From an uncultured virus (IMG/VR IMGVR_UViG_3300030329_002226) (taxonomy: Duplodnaviria; Heunggongvirae; Uroviricota; Caudoviricetes), in IMG/VR virus record IMGVR_UViG_3300030329_002226, positions 1-64,000 of that record: a DNA stretch of 64,000 bases; one strand, 5' to 3'. Position numbers and translations under genes: made by a program. Below, one piece after another: positions 41,778 through 51,523 of this stretch. The notes under the pieces were generated by a model. That model ran no database searches, was not told where the DNA came from, and was given only the letters and a program-made list of their open reading frames with translations. Position 1 is the stretch's first letter. Each line of letters begins with the position of its first letter.

Positions 41778-44700
41778 CGCTTAAAATAATATCACCACCA
41801 CCTGCATCTAAAGTAAGATCAGTAACTGAAGCAATTTTAAATTCACCATCTGAACTTTCTGTAAGTGTTGCAGCGTTACTACCATCTCCACTTATAGATA
41901 AAGCACCAGCGGTAATACTTAAAGCATCATCTACTATTACATTACCATTGAAATAACTAGTTCCATTGTTATATAAGTCATAACTTATATTTACAGCGCC
42001 AATATACATACCTGCTACTTGTACATCTCCAGTACAAGTTATGGCTTGAGAAGAATCTATTGTAAGAGCGCTTGTACCAGCTGTTACTATTCTAAAAGTA
42101 TCAGCGCCTCCTCCAAAACCAAAATAAGTATTTGTATCACCTACATGATAAATATCATCAGTTATGTTTCCAGTTCCCATTGACCAAGCACCAGCTGATA
42201 TTCCATCATTAAAATATGCGTATCCAGCATTTGACATATCTAAGGTAAGAGCAGTTATAGTAGAACCGCCATCATTACCTTTGAATAATATGTCTTCATT
42301 TTCTATTGATGAAAATATTGCAAGATTGTTACTATCACTTTTAAATTTACCATATTCAACACCTGATTTAAATAATCTTATATCATTACCAGCTGCATCT
42401 AAAGTTATATCTCCTGCAACGTCTAGTGTTAAATCACCTGAAGTTTTATTAATGTCTCCGCCAATACTAAAACTACCAGTTGCGGAAAGATTATTTGTAA
42501 AAATTGTATCACCATCTACATAAAAATCTGAATCAGAATCAATAGAGCTAGTGCCATTCCAAAGAGCTATTCTATTATCAGCACCAGAACCTGTCACATT
42601 ACCAACTTGAGTATTATCTATCTTCTGCCAAGCATCTGTTGCTAAATCAGAAAATACTGCCCAATCTCCTACAGCCCAATCTGTAATACCATCTAAATCG
42701 GTAGAACCTGCAACTGATACAATATAGTAATAACCTGGGGTTCCAGATCCACTACTTAATGTTGGTGAGTTTGTATCAGCGTTCCATGTTCCTTGGTATG
42801 TTAATACTCCTGTTGTAGAGCTATCAACATATGCTTTAATACTTTGTTGTGTAGCTAGCGCTGTTGCACTATCACTAGCCATGTTATCTTCATCTAATAT
42901 TGCTGTTACTGTAGTACTAGTTCCAATTAATAAACTATCAGTATCAGTTAACCCAGTTACTTGTACACCTGTAGATATTGTGGCAATTTTTAAAGCATTA
43001 TCATGAAATAATTCTACTCCGTTTGTAACAGCTCCACTATAAAATCTAGCCATTTTTTCTCCATCAGTAGGATTATCCAGTCTAATTTGTCCATCAGATT
43101 GAATATATAAGTCTCCTGTTCCAACCTCACTTATATAACTATTACTTCCATTGTGATATAATACAAGATCTTTTCCATCACCTAGAGCTACTCTTGAATT
43201 ATCTTTCCATTTAGTATAATATTCATCTGTAGCAGCACTACCACCATCTAATGTAAAATATATTGTAGTTCCACCACTTCCATCGTCACATTTAAATGCC
43301 ATGTTACCATCATTTGTATGCTGTGTAAAGTAAAATGTTCCTGTATAATTTTCTAAATAACTATCTGATCCATCATGAAAAATTTCTAAATCTCCAGAAG
43401 TCCCAAGTTTAAGCTTTGCGTTATCAATAAATCTTACTTCTTTATTAAAAGTAGTTCTAACTTCTGAACCATCTAAAAAGAAATATGTAGCTGTACCTCC
43501 TGAACCATCATCAGATTTAAAGTTTATATCTCCATCATCTAAGTTTTGTATAATCTGTAAATCACCTACAAAATTTTCTATATTAGAATTTGTTCCGTTA
43601 TGGTAAATTCTTAAATCATCAGCATTACCAAATGTAGCATTTACATCATCAACATGCCTTGTTAATTTTTCAAATATAGTTTTTGTACCGCTTCCATCTA
43701 AATAGAAGTATGTAGCTAAACCACCTGCCCCATCATCACTTCTAAACAATATATCTGCATCATCTGCATTATTTTGTATTTGTAAATCTCCAGTGAAGTT
43801 TTGAATATATGACTGTGAGCCATTATGTTGAATTTGTAGATCATCACCATCTCCAAAACAAAGAGGTATACTATCTGGTATATCAATTCTTTTTGAACTA
43901 CCATCTAATCTAAGATAAGTTGTATCACCACCACTACCATCATCACATTGCAATACCAAATCGCTATCATTTGTACGCTGCATAATATACAAATGTCCAG
44001 TTGTATTTTCTATATAACTACTAGTACCATCGTGATACATTTTCATATCACCCTGATTTCCAAATTGTGCTTTTACACTATCTTGATGCTCTGTGTCTTT
44101 TAAAAATAGTGTTTGTTCTGTACTTCCACTTAAATGGAAATATGTTTCTACACCGCCTGAACCATCATCACATGCAAAACTCATATTTCCATCATCAGTT
44201 CTATTTGTAAAAGTTACATTCCCAGTATCATTAAAGAAATTAAAATTACTCCCATCGTGTTTAAAGAAAGCATCTATACCTGTTCCAAATGCTGCGGCTA
44301 CACCATCATTACACACTAAATCACCGGTCATATTACCACCAGCAAGTGGTAAATATGGGCCACCTGGTAATCCAGCAGATGAAAACGCATTTTCTATAAT
44401 ATTACCAGAAGAATCTACTGTTAAGAAATAAGTCGCTGTACCTGTAAAAGTTCCTGAACCATAATCTAAAAATTCTACATCACCACCATTATTAAATACT
44501 ACATGAGCAGTACCTCCGCCATCTATAAGTTGTAGTTGATCAGCTGTAGCAGTTTTTACATATGTAATTTTATAAGCATTCCAAGATCCTGCAGAATCAC
44601 CAGCTTTAAAATTTATTTGAGAAGAACTATAACTACCACTTGCTCTACCATCTAAAGTAAGGATGTCAGTGGCTGTGGAATTTATTGCTAACTTAGCGTT

Positions 44701-45441
44701 CATAGTTGAGCTAGCTGAAGTTGTAAGTCCGCCAGTTATTGCTATTCCACTTGCAGTTGTTTCAAATGTTTTTACGTTATTGTGGTATAGATTTACAGCG
44801 CCATCATTTACTGCGTAAATCATATTTTCACCAGTATCACTTTGTAATCTTATAGCACCAGCGCTTCTAATATATAAACTACCAGTTCCAACTTCATCAA
44901 TATATGAGTTACTACCATCGTGATATATTTCTAAATCTGGAGTTGTTATATTTCCAAGGGTTAACTTTACATTATCTTCAAGTTGTACTCTTTTATAAAA
45001 TCTATTTAATTCATTATTACCATCTATTACTAAATAAGATGTCATACTTCCAGAACCATCATCATTTCTAAAATCTATATATCCATTATCTGCACTCTGC
45101 ATAAAATACCAAGTATCTGTCCCATTATGATATATCTGGGCGTCAGCTGAATTTCCAAAATACGCATATACATTATCCATGTGTTTGGTGTTCTTAGGAA
45201 GTTCTGTAAGTTCTTGCGCTCCGTCTAGTTTTATATAATTCTGAGTTGTACCACTACCATTAGTAGCTTGAATATAAGTTTGTTGACTATTAGATTCATT
45301 TCTAATATATAAATCCCCAGCTGTAACGGTAACATAATTACTTTCTGTTCCGTCATGATATATCTTCATGTCTCCACTATCTCCAAATGTTATTTCAACT
45401 TCATCTGGGAAACTAGTTTGATATAAGAAATTTATAGGCAT
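41755..45441 (-). CDS. Long repetitive tail fibre, N-terminal part
   Basis: Many ~70-aa repeats of the form FGxxxDLxIYHDGSNSYI...DDGSGG..TYFxLDG. Confidence 0.75.
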   Translation of the reverse strand: MPINFLYQTSFPDEVEITFGDSGDMKIYHDGTESNYVTVTAGDLYIRNESNSQQTYIQATNGSGTTQNYIKLDGAQELTELPKNTKHMDNVYAYFGNSADAQIYHNGTDTWYFMQSADNGYIDFRNDDGSGSMTSYLVIDGNNELNRFYKRVQLEDNVKLTLGNITTPDLEIYHDGSNSYIDEVGTGSLYIRSAGAIRLQSDTGENMIYAVNDGAVNLYHNNVKTFETTASGIAITGGLTTSASSTMNAKLAINSTATDILTLDGRASGSYSSSQINFKAGDSAGSWNAYKITYVKTATADQLQLIDGGGTAHVVFNNGGDVEFLDYGSGTFTGTATYFLTVDSSGNIIENAFSSAGLPGGPYLPLAGGNMTGDLVCNDGVAAAFGTGIDAFFKHDGSNFNFFNDTGNVTFTNRTDDGNMSFACDDGSGGVETYFHLSGSTEQTLFLKDTEHQDSVKAQFGNQGDMKMYHDGTSSYIENTTGHLYIMQRTNDSDLVLQCDDGSGGDTTYLRLDGSSKRIDIPDSIPLCFGDGDDLQIQHNGSQSYIQNFTGDLQIQNNADDADILFRSDDGAGGLATYFYLDGSGTKTIFEKLTRHVDDVNATFGNADDLRIYHNGTNSNIENFVGDLQIIQNLDDGDINFKSDDGSGGTATYFFLDGSEVRTTFNKEVRFIDNAKLKLGTSGDLEIFHDGSDSYLENYTGTFYFTQHTNDGNMAFKCDDGSGGTTIYFTLDGGSAATDEYYTKWKDNSRVALGDGKDLVLYHNGSNSYISEVGTGDLYIQSDGQIRLDNPTDGEKMARFYSGAVTNGVELFHDNALKIATISTGVQVTGLTDTDSLLIGTSTTVTAILDEDNMASDSATALATQQSIKAYVDSSTTGVLTYQGTWNADTNSPTLSSGSGTPGYYYIVSVAGSTDLDGITDWAVGDWAVFSDLATDAWQKIDNTQVGNVTGSGADNRIALWNGTSSIDSDSDFYVDGDTIFTNNLSATGSFSIGGDINKTSGDLTLDVAGDITLDAAGNDIRLFKSGVEYGKFKSDSNNLAIFSSIENEDILFKGNDGGSTITALTLDMSNAGYAYFNDGISAGAWSMGTGNITDDIYHVGDTNTYFGFGGGADTFRIVTAGTSALTIDSSQAITCTGDVQVAGMYIGAVNISYDLYNNGTSYFNGNVIVDDALSITAGALSISGDGSNAATLTESSDGEFKIASVTDLTLDAGGGDIILSDDXXXXI
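41761..41770. other. Assembly gap (10 N)
   Basis: Run of n in sequence. Confidence 1.
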
Positions 45442-45465
45442 TCTTAATTATTTTATTTATATTGA

Positions 45466-47766
45466 TTATCCAATATCTCTTATCATTACACCATATTCAT
45501 CATTTGCAACTGTTCCTTTAAATTTAATGAATACTTCGTCAGCGTCTCTATATACTTGTGGATAAACTGTCGAATAAGCTGGTGTATTGGCATTTGGACT
45601 ATCGGAAGCTACTTGATATACTTCTACCATACACGATGTTCCTGCAGCTCCTGCTCCTATTAAAGTAGTAGTTGTACAATCAAATATTGTATATCCTCCA
45701 GCAACTGTTCTATCAATACCTGATGTAGAATCTGTAAGATTCCCATTAAATGCACCAACTGAACCTGAAGCTAATGCTACTGTATATACACCAGAAGAAT
45801 CTGATACACTTATTCCAGCACCTGCTTGTACCGCCGCTGCACCTACTGTAGTACCTGTTGCATTACTAATTGCTATTGTTCCACTACCTGTTATAGTACC
45901 TCCTGTTATAGGTGCTGTAGTTGCAATACTTGTTACAGTACCACCACTATCAGTGTCTGACCAAGGAACGTTAACTACTAAGTTATCACTAGCATCAACT
46001 TGAACTTTATATGTTCTACCGGATGTAGTAGAAGAAGTATTTGCTGCTACACTTTGTGTTCCATCTACATTAGCGTTAAATGTAGTAGAACTTAACGAAA
46101 GACCTGTACCCGCTGTATATGTGGTATTTGTGTCTGTAGAGGCTATTGTCATTTCAGTAGCACTATTACGAGTTAACGTAACATTACTACCTGCTGTAAA
46201 TTGTAAAGTAGTATCTGTTCCACTACTAGCATCTAAAGTTAAATCTACATCACTACCGTCAGTAGCAAAATTCATACTATAAGTAGTATTGTCATTATCT
46301 GGTGTTACCCATGTTGCATCACCACGTAAGAATGTACTAGCACTACCACCTGTTGGAACGTGACCTACATTAGTAGATCCTGCATAAGCAAATGATTGAA
46401 CTGTTACAGAACCTGTAGCCCCTGTGTTAGATGTTATTGCATTTCCTGTAGAACCACTTACAGCATTACCTGATGTTAAAGCTACAACACCTTCATCAGA
46501 TTGAACAATAACCCAATCATTTACATCTGAAGCTCCTTCTGCTGCTGCTTCTTTACATATTACAGAGTCACCAGCATCTAAGGTTACAGATCCATAAAAA
46601 CTACCAGAAGTTGTTACTACATAGTAATCACCTACAGATATTGCTACTCTTGAAGCACCAGTAGTAAGATTACCTCCTCCGTCAATTGCACCTGTGCCAG
46701 CATTAAATCCATCTTTAAAAGTTAAACCTCCAGAAACAAGTCCATCAACATATCCTTTAGATGCAGCATCTGTAGAAGCAGAAACAGTGTCAATACCTTG
46801 AATACGTCCTGTACCACTTAAAGTTATATCACCACCACCAACTGTTAAATCCCCAACTATACTAACATCTGTTGGAAGATCAACAGTTATTGTGCCACCT
46901 GATTCTTCTACTGTTACTCTAGTAGTTGCTCCACCAGCTATTGTTACTGTATCTGTAGAACCTGTGCTTGGTACTAAATTTATATCAGCTGTATTAGTTC
47001 CATCACTACTTGTTAAATCATAAGTAGTATTGTCATTAGTATCTGTCCATGGTACATTTACTACTAATTGATTACTAGAGTTATCAGTTATACCATATGT
47101 TCTGGAAGCGGTTTCAGTTTTGCTTTCTGCCGCTGGAGTAGAACCTCTTGCATATCTTAATTTACCTAACCCTAATGTAGCAGTGTTCATAGCGTTATAA
47201 GTAGTATCACCTGGAGATGTTAATGCTAATATAAATGGATCACCTGTGGTACCTGCTCCTGATAGATTAGTACCAGCTGTACCATTAGCCATTGTAACTT
47301 TTAAATATTTATTGCTACTATTTAATGTTTTATCATCATTATCATCATCTCTTATTATCCATTCACTCATTTCACTACCAGTCGCTGGTGCGCTGTTAGT
47401 TATAGTAACTGCTCCTGTAGCTGCACTAACTGTTATTCCTGTACCAGCTACAACTGATGTTACACCTGTGTTTGTTAATAAAAACTCTCCTGAACCTGTT
47501 ATAGGATTGGAACCTGAGTTCATTGCAACACTTATTCCTGTTCCTGTTGCAATTCCTACAGAAGTAACTGTACCGGTGGTTGAACTAGTACCAAGGGCTA
47601 TCCAAGATCCACCTTCACCATACTTTACTTGATTATTTGTTGTGTCATAATAAAGCTGACCATCTGCGGGAGTTCCAGCAGCACCATCATTTAACTGATT
47701 TTCTAATACAGGTTGTGTTAGTTGGTTTTTATTAAACGCAACATCATTTAAAAAATTTATTGCCAT
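45466..47766 (-). CDS. Tail fibre/spike protein
   Basis: Gly/Thr-rich GTVTSV repeats, LVVNVPW twice; shares a domain and the M-x-INFL start with the long fibre. Confidence 0.7.
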   Translation of the reverse strand: MAINFLNDVAFNKNQLTQPVLENQLNDGAAGTPADGQLYYDTTNNQVKYGEGGSWIALGTSSTTGTVTSVGIATGTGISVAMNSGSNPITGSGEFLLTNTGVTSVVAGTGITVSAATGAVTITNSAPATGSEMSEWIIRDDDNDDKTLNSSNKYLKVTMANGTAGTNLSGAGTTGDPFILALTSPGDTTYNAMNTATLGLGKLRYARGSTPAAESKTETASRTYGITDNSSNQLVVNVPWTDTNDNTTYDLTSSDGTNTADINLVPSTGSTDTVTIAGGATTRVTVEESGGTITVDLPTDVSIVGDLTVGGGDITLSGTGRIQGIDTVSASTDAASKGYVDGLVSGGLTFKDGFNAGTGAIDGGGNLTTGASRVAISVGDYYVVTTSGSFYGSVTLDAGDSVICKEAAAEGASDVNDWVIVQSDEGVVALTSGNAVSGSTGNAITSNTGATGSVTVQSFAYAGSTNVGHVPTGGSASTFLRGDATWVTPDNDNTTYSMNFATDGSDVDLTLDASSGTDTTLQFTAGSNVTLTRNSATEMTIASTDTNTTYTAGTGLSLSSTTFNANVDGTQSVAANTSSTTSGRTYKVQVDASDNLVVNVPWSDTDSGGTVTSIATTAPITGGTITGSGTIAISNATGTTVGAAAVQAGAGISVSDSSGVYTVALASGSVGAFNGNLTDSTSGIDRTVAGGYTIFDCTTTTLIGAGAAGTSCMVEVYQVASDSPNANTPAYSTVYPQVYRDADEVFIKFKGTVANDEYGVMIRDIG

Positions 47767-47773
47767 TTCTTGT

Positions 47774-48466
47774 TTAATTTAAATAAGCAGTTCCAGCAAA
47801 TGCGGCTGAAAAGGTTATTGTTAGTTGTGTGTTTGATATATATTTTACTTCGCCAAATATGACGATGTCATTATTGTTTATTACTGTTACAGAAGGATAT
47901 GGTCCCCATCTACCTTCATGATCTATTGTCCATAACGTGTTAGAAGCATGTGTAAATACTCCTGTTCCTCCATCTGCATCAGATAAAGAAAATTCTGCGA
48001 TATCATAGTATCTATCATTAGTGACAATTCCGCTTCCTCCTATATAACTTAATCCTAAAGTATATGAGTCCGCAAAACTTCCTGGACTTGTATACGATGT
48101 TATAGTATAGTGACCAAATGTAGAAATTGAATTTTGTTCACTTATTATTATTTGATTACCTACTAAATAATTAACAAATGCCACTACATTTTGGCCGGAG
48201 CGATCTTTTATAGCTAAATCTAAAGAAGTTATATTAGCTAAGGGCGTACCATCCGCAACTCCAGTAAATGTTCCAGTTGTAGGTAATGAAGCTACAAACT
48301 TAAATACCATCTGAGCAGATACAGATATCTTACCTTTTGTATTTAAATAATTAGCTACAGCTTCTGCTGTGAAATTTTTAGTAGACCTATTTGAAGAGTC
48401 GGTTCCAATCCACGCGTCTTGATCCTGAACTTCTGAGTCTCTAGGATAGGAATTAATTCTAGGCAT
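47774..48466 (-). CDS. Tail-associated protein
   Basis: N-terminus related to the 48479 ORF; C-terminal WTIDH...PSVTV...GTAYLN domain. Confidence 0.5.
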   Translation of the reverse strand: MPRINSYPRDSEVQDQDAWIGTDSSNRSTKNFTAEAVANYLNTKGKISVSAQMVFKFVASLPTTGTFTGVADGTPLANITSLDLAIKDRSGQNVVAFVNYLVGNQIIISEQNSISTFGHYTITSYTSPGSFADSYTLGLSYIGGSGIVTNDRYYDIAEFSLSDADGGTGVFTHASNTLWTIDHEGRWGPYPSVTVINNNDIVIFGEVKYISNTQLTITFSAAFAGTAYLN

Positions 48467-48478
48467 CTGTTAATTTAT

Positions 48479-48943
48479 TTATGAATATACTCTTATTTCA
48501 AGGGCTCCTGCTGTTATTCTATCATCAGCCCCGTTTGTTTTGAATGTTATAACTGAACTACTCGTTCTAGTCCACATTACCATCTGATTTGGTTCTCCAT
48601 CTCCAGGATTAACAAATACCATGGTTTTTAAATTAGTAAAAGGAGTACCAGAATTAGTAACAGTGTATACTCCAGCACCTGTTCTAGCCCATGTCATTGT
48701 ACCTGTAATAGTATTTTGTAAAACTGTAACGGTAGGAGCTGCTCCAGCTGCTTGACTCATTATACCTGAATATAAAGTATATCCTAAAGTTCCAGAATTA
48801 GTAGCTATATCAGCAATTTGTTTTATTGTGAAGTTCCTAGTCTTATTAGTATCACCTGCTACATTAGGATCTGCTAGTTCTGTTCCCAAAACTAGGTCAC
48901 TTGCGGAAGGAGTACCTGTAGGATAAGCGGTTATTTCTGCCAT
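48479..48943 (-). CDS. Tail-associated protein
   Basis: YP...DLVLGT...TRNFTI N-terminus; RTGAGVY...EIRVY C-terminus. Confidence 0.5.
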   Translation of the reverse strand: MAEITAYPTGTPSASDLVLGTELADPNVAGDTNKTRNFTIKQIADIATNSGTLGYTLYSGIMSQAAGAAPTVTVLQNTITGTMTWARTGAGVYTVTNSGTPFTNLKTMVFVNPGDGEPNQMVMWTRTSSSVITFKTNGADDRITAGALEIRVYS

Positions 48944-48954
48944 TTGTGTTATTT

Positions 48955-49203
48955 TTATTTATTTTTACTTTGAGGTTTGGTTCCTTTACCATATCCACCT
49001 CGGTTTTGTGATGTTTTTACAAATCTTTTCTTAGTATGATCGTAATCTTTGTCTATTAACCAGTTTGTTCCATGTTTTTTAGCAGCTTTGCGTCTTTTTC
49101 GCTGATTTTCTGCTTTTTTACGTCTTCTATCTGGAGTTTTTGCTGCGGCAAGATCTCTTTTAGCCTTAGCTTTTGCTGCTTTTGGACTTAATTTTTGAGA
49201 CAT
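48955..49203 (-). CDS. Small very basic protein with minimal HNH-like DYDH...NR motif
   Basis: Lys/Arg-rich; motif by eye. Confidence 0.45.
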   Translation of the reverse strand: MSQKLSPKAAKAKAKRDLAAAKTPDRRRKKAENQRKRRKAAKKHGTNWLIDKDYDHTKKRFVKTSQNRGGYGKGTKPQSKNK

Positions 49204-49206
49204 GTC

Positions 49207-49542
49207 TTATTTATCTTCTCCCCATTGAGGCATAGGAATTGAACGCTGTTTTTTGTATCTATCCGCATGAGCAGATAAAAAGTTTTTTACGTTTTTACTA
49301 AAATTCTTAAATTTTTGTACAAAACGGTTTGCAGGAATGTTAACTGCAGGTTGTAAAGGCTTAGGAATATAGTCTGCCCCTACCAATGTAGAGTCATTTA
49401 CTGGTCTAGCTTGTGGTCTAGTAGCGTCGTGCTTTGCTCTTTCAGCTGCATTTGCTAATGCTTCTGCTTTTGCATCTGCATATTTACCGTAAGTCTCCTG
49501 ATATATTTCCTCATCTGTTTGTTTTGCAGGATGTTTTCTCAT
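49207..49542 (-). CDS. Hypothetical protein with N-terminal HPAKQ
   Basis: ORF track. Confidence 0.5.
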   Translation of the reverse strand: MRKHPAKQTDEEIYQETYGKYADAKAEALANAAERAKHDATRPQARPVNDSTLVGADYIPKPLQPAVNIPANRFVQKFKNFSKNVKNFLSAHADRYKKQRSIPMPQWGEDK

Positions 49543-49976
49543 TTTTTAATGTTTTTAATAATTGGACCGAAATCTTTAGAATAGTTTAATATATAATCAA
49601 TGTTTTCTTTTGAAGGACCCATAGGTTTATTTGGATTAGAATATCTTTTTAAATTATCAAAAGCTTGTTTACTACCACCTTTATTCCAACCCTTAGGCAT
49701 TGAACTAGGATATTTAAGTTTATTTTCTAAATTTAGTCTTCTTTGAATTGTTGCTTTTATACTCTGGTTAATTTTTGAACCTATATTTCCAAAGTTAACA
49801 GTACTTCCTTTCCAGAAATTAGTTGATGGAGTTTTTAACCAACTAACCCCCCTACCTATAGGTAACATAGAAGCTATAGTACCTAATGCTCTAGGAATTC
49901 CTTTCTTTACTTTATGCCAAGTACCGGCATGATCTAATTGAGTGAGTTTAGTTTGTTTAAGTGGATGTGATTTCAT
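49539..49976 (-). CDS. Basic hypothetical protein with N-terminal HPLKQ; first gene of the late arm
   Basis: ORF track. Confidence 0.5.
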   Translation of the reverse strand: MKSHPLKQTKLTQLDHAGTWHKVKKGIPRALGTIASMLPIGRGVSWLKTPSTNFWKGSTVNFGNIGSKINQSIKATIQRRLNLENKLKYPSSMPKGWNKGGSKQAFDNLKRYSNPNKPMGPSKENIDYILNYSKDFGPIIKNIKK

Positions 49977-50002
49977 CTTTTTTTACTTTAAGTGTCTATA
50001 TA

Positions 50003-50031
50003 TATCCTTACAGGTTTATCAAGAAATTTAC
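50003..50031 (-). promoter_or_regulatory. Putative middle/late promoter, GTAAA-N10-AACCTGTAAGGATA, at the head of the late arm
   Basis: Same spacing, variant 3' element. Confidence 0.55.
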
Positions 50032-50287
50032 ATAAAATGTGACAAAAGCCATTTATTTATATATATCTAATCCTAGATATTATACTTAGTATAATATCAT
50101 AAGGGTATTACTTATAGAGGGATATGGGGTTACTACCTATTTTTGAGACGAGCTTTGTAAAAGGAAAATCGTTTTGTTTTTGCCGGGTTGCCCTTGTTTT
50201 TAGGATTTTGGCATTAAGGTTTCAGCTTTGATCGTGATTACCGTAGGGGTTTTAGACTTTTTTCTACTACTACTATCTCGCGCGACT

Positions 50288-50320
50288 CACGGACTTATAT
50301 TCTATTCTATTCGATACTAT
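50288..50320 (+). promoter_or_regulatory. Putative early promoter 1, CACGGACTTA-N15-GATACTAT
   Basis: 7 copies with exact 15-nt spacer. Confidence 0.7.
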
Positions 50321-50344
50321 CTATAATATGTTTGGTGAATACCA

Positions 50345-50377
50345 CACGGACTTATCTAATATTAATATAGATAATAT
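50345..50377 (+). promoter_or_regulatory. Putative early promoter 2, CACGGACTTA-N15-GATAATAT
   Basis: Exact consensus. Confidence 0.75.
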
Positions 50378-50417
50378 AATTGAGTTTTAAAATAAATATT
50401 AATTAAATAATTTAACT

Positions 50418-50681
50418 ATGAAAAAACCACAAATTAAAACCAAAACAAGTACTAATGAACTACAAACTAAAAGGTTTGTTATTAGAAAATCATTAATAGG
50501 TTCAAATACAATTATAGTATTTATGAATCATAAAAATGAAGAATGTCGATACAATCATGACTTAGTATACAATCAATTAAAAGATAAATTCGAGTCAATG
50601 AATTGTTTCCAGAAGTACAAAAGTTATACTAATTCTAAAAATCTACCTAAATTTGTTAGAGAATTAAAATCAATAGTATAA
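50418..50681 (+). CDS. Early protein, paralog A
   Basis: Strongly similar to 51524-51772 (TKRFVIRKSLIG...YNHD.VYNQLK...YTN..NLP.FVREL). Confidence 0.75.
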   Translation: MKKPQIKTKTSTNELQTKRFVIRKSLIGSNTIIVFMNHKNEECRYNHDLVYNQLKDKFESMNCFQKYKSYTNSKNLPKFVRELKSIV

Positions 50682-50688
50682 TTAGTCC

Positions 50689-50722
50689 AAAAGGAGGTAA
50701 CTTCGGTTATCTCCTTTTTTTT
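50689..50722 (+). terminator. Intrinsic terminator
   Basis: GGAGGTAAC-TTCG-GTTATCTCC followed by T8. Confidence 0.85.
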
Positions 50723-50741
50723 AACCCTTTGTGGCGACTAT

Positions 50742-50774
50742 CACGGACTTATACTAATTTATTATAGATAATAT
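50742..50774 (+). promoter_or_regulatory. Putative early promoter 3
   Basis: CACGGACTTA-N15-GATAATAT. Confidence 0.75.
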
Positions 50775-50818
50775 AATTGAGAAATTTTAAATATTTATTA
50801 ACTAAAAAATTTATAACT

Positions 50819-50995
50819 ATGTCTAAATATAAAATTCAAAACTCAACAATAAAAACAACTATCAATTTATTAACTAACAAACATATTAATATTAAAACCA
50901 ATAATAATATTATATATATAATTAAAAACCCTTTTAATATTAATATACCAAAATTATTAACTAATAATTATATACCATTTAAATTAATTAAATAA
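50819..50995 (+). CDS. 58-aa early protein encoded by a G-less ORF
   Basis: ATG in TAACT-ATG context (track start at TTG 50777 abuts the promoter); the only G is in the ATG. Confidence 0.55.
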   Translation: MSKYKIQNSTIKTTINLLTNKHINIKTNNNIIYIIKNPFNINIPKLLTNNYIPFKLIK

Positions 50996-51013
50996 CCTTT
51001 AAAACCAATAACT

Positions 51014-51166
51014 ATGAACTATGAATTCACATTTGAGTTTAAAAACTCAGAACCTTTATATCTTACTCATACGAGTAATATATTAGATAACGAATTACTT
51101 CAATTTATGATAGAAATTGATGTAGACTTTAAAAACATTATTAACTTTAAAACAAATAAACTATGA
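51014..51166 (+). CDS. 50-aa early protein
   Basis: Manual translation MNYEFTFEFKNSEPLYLTH...; ATGA overlap with the next gene. Confidence 0.55.
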   Translation: MNYEFTFEFKNSEPLYLTHTSNILDNELLQFMIEIDVDFKNIINFKTNKL

Positions 51167-51408
51167 ATTACAATCAATTTGAAGAAAAATTACTAGATGA
51201 GTTTAGTTACACATTCTTTGACTATGCACCTGGTGATGAAGATGGAGGTTTTGATCCCTTTATTCAGTTTACTATTAAAACACTGTTTGACTCTGGTGTA
51301 ACAGACACTGTGAAGATGATGGAAATAATAGAACCGATGCTAATTAAAAGAGATAATCACCTCGGTAAGCTGCTAGATGAAGGAATACTACTTGCTCGTC
51401 ACCAATAG
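51163..51408 (+). CDS. Acidic early protein
   Basis: ORF track; followed by a terminator. Confidence 0.65.
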   Translation: MNYNQFEEKLLDEFSYTFFDYAPGDEDGGFDPFIQFTIKTLFDSGVTDTVKMMEIIEPMLIKRDNHLGKLLDEGILLARHQ

Positions 51409-51420
51409 TAGTAATAAAGA

Positions 51421-51445
51421 AGGGTTCTTCGGAGCCCTTTTTTTT
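51421..51445 (+). terminator. Intrinsic terminator
   Basis: AGGGTTC-TTCG-GAGCCCT followed by a T-run. Confidence 0.85.
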
Positions 51446-51464
51446 ATCCTCTTTATATGACTTT

Positions 51465-51497
51465 CACGGACTTATATTAATTAATATTAGATAATAT
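51465..51497 (+). promoter_or_regulatory. Putative early promoter 4
   Basis: CACGGACTTA-N15-GATAATAT. Confidence 0.75.
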
Positions 51498-51523
51498 ATA
51501 TGAACTTTAAAAATTAATACACT

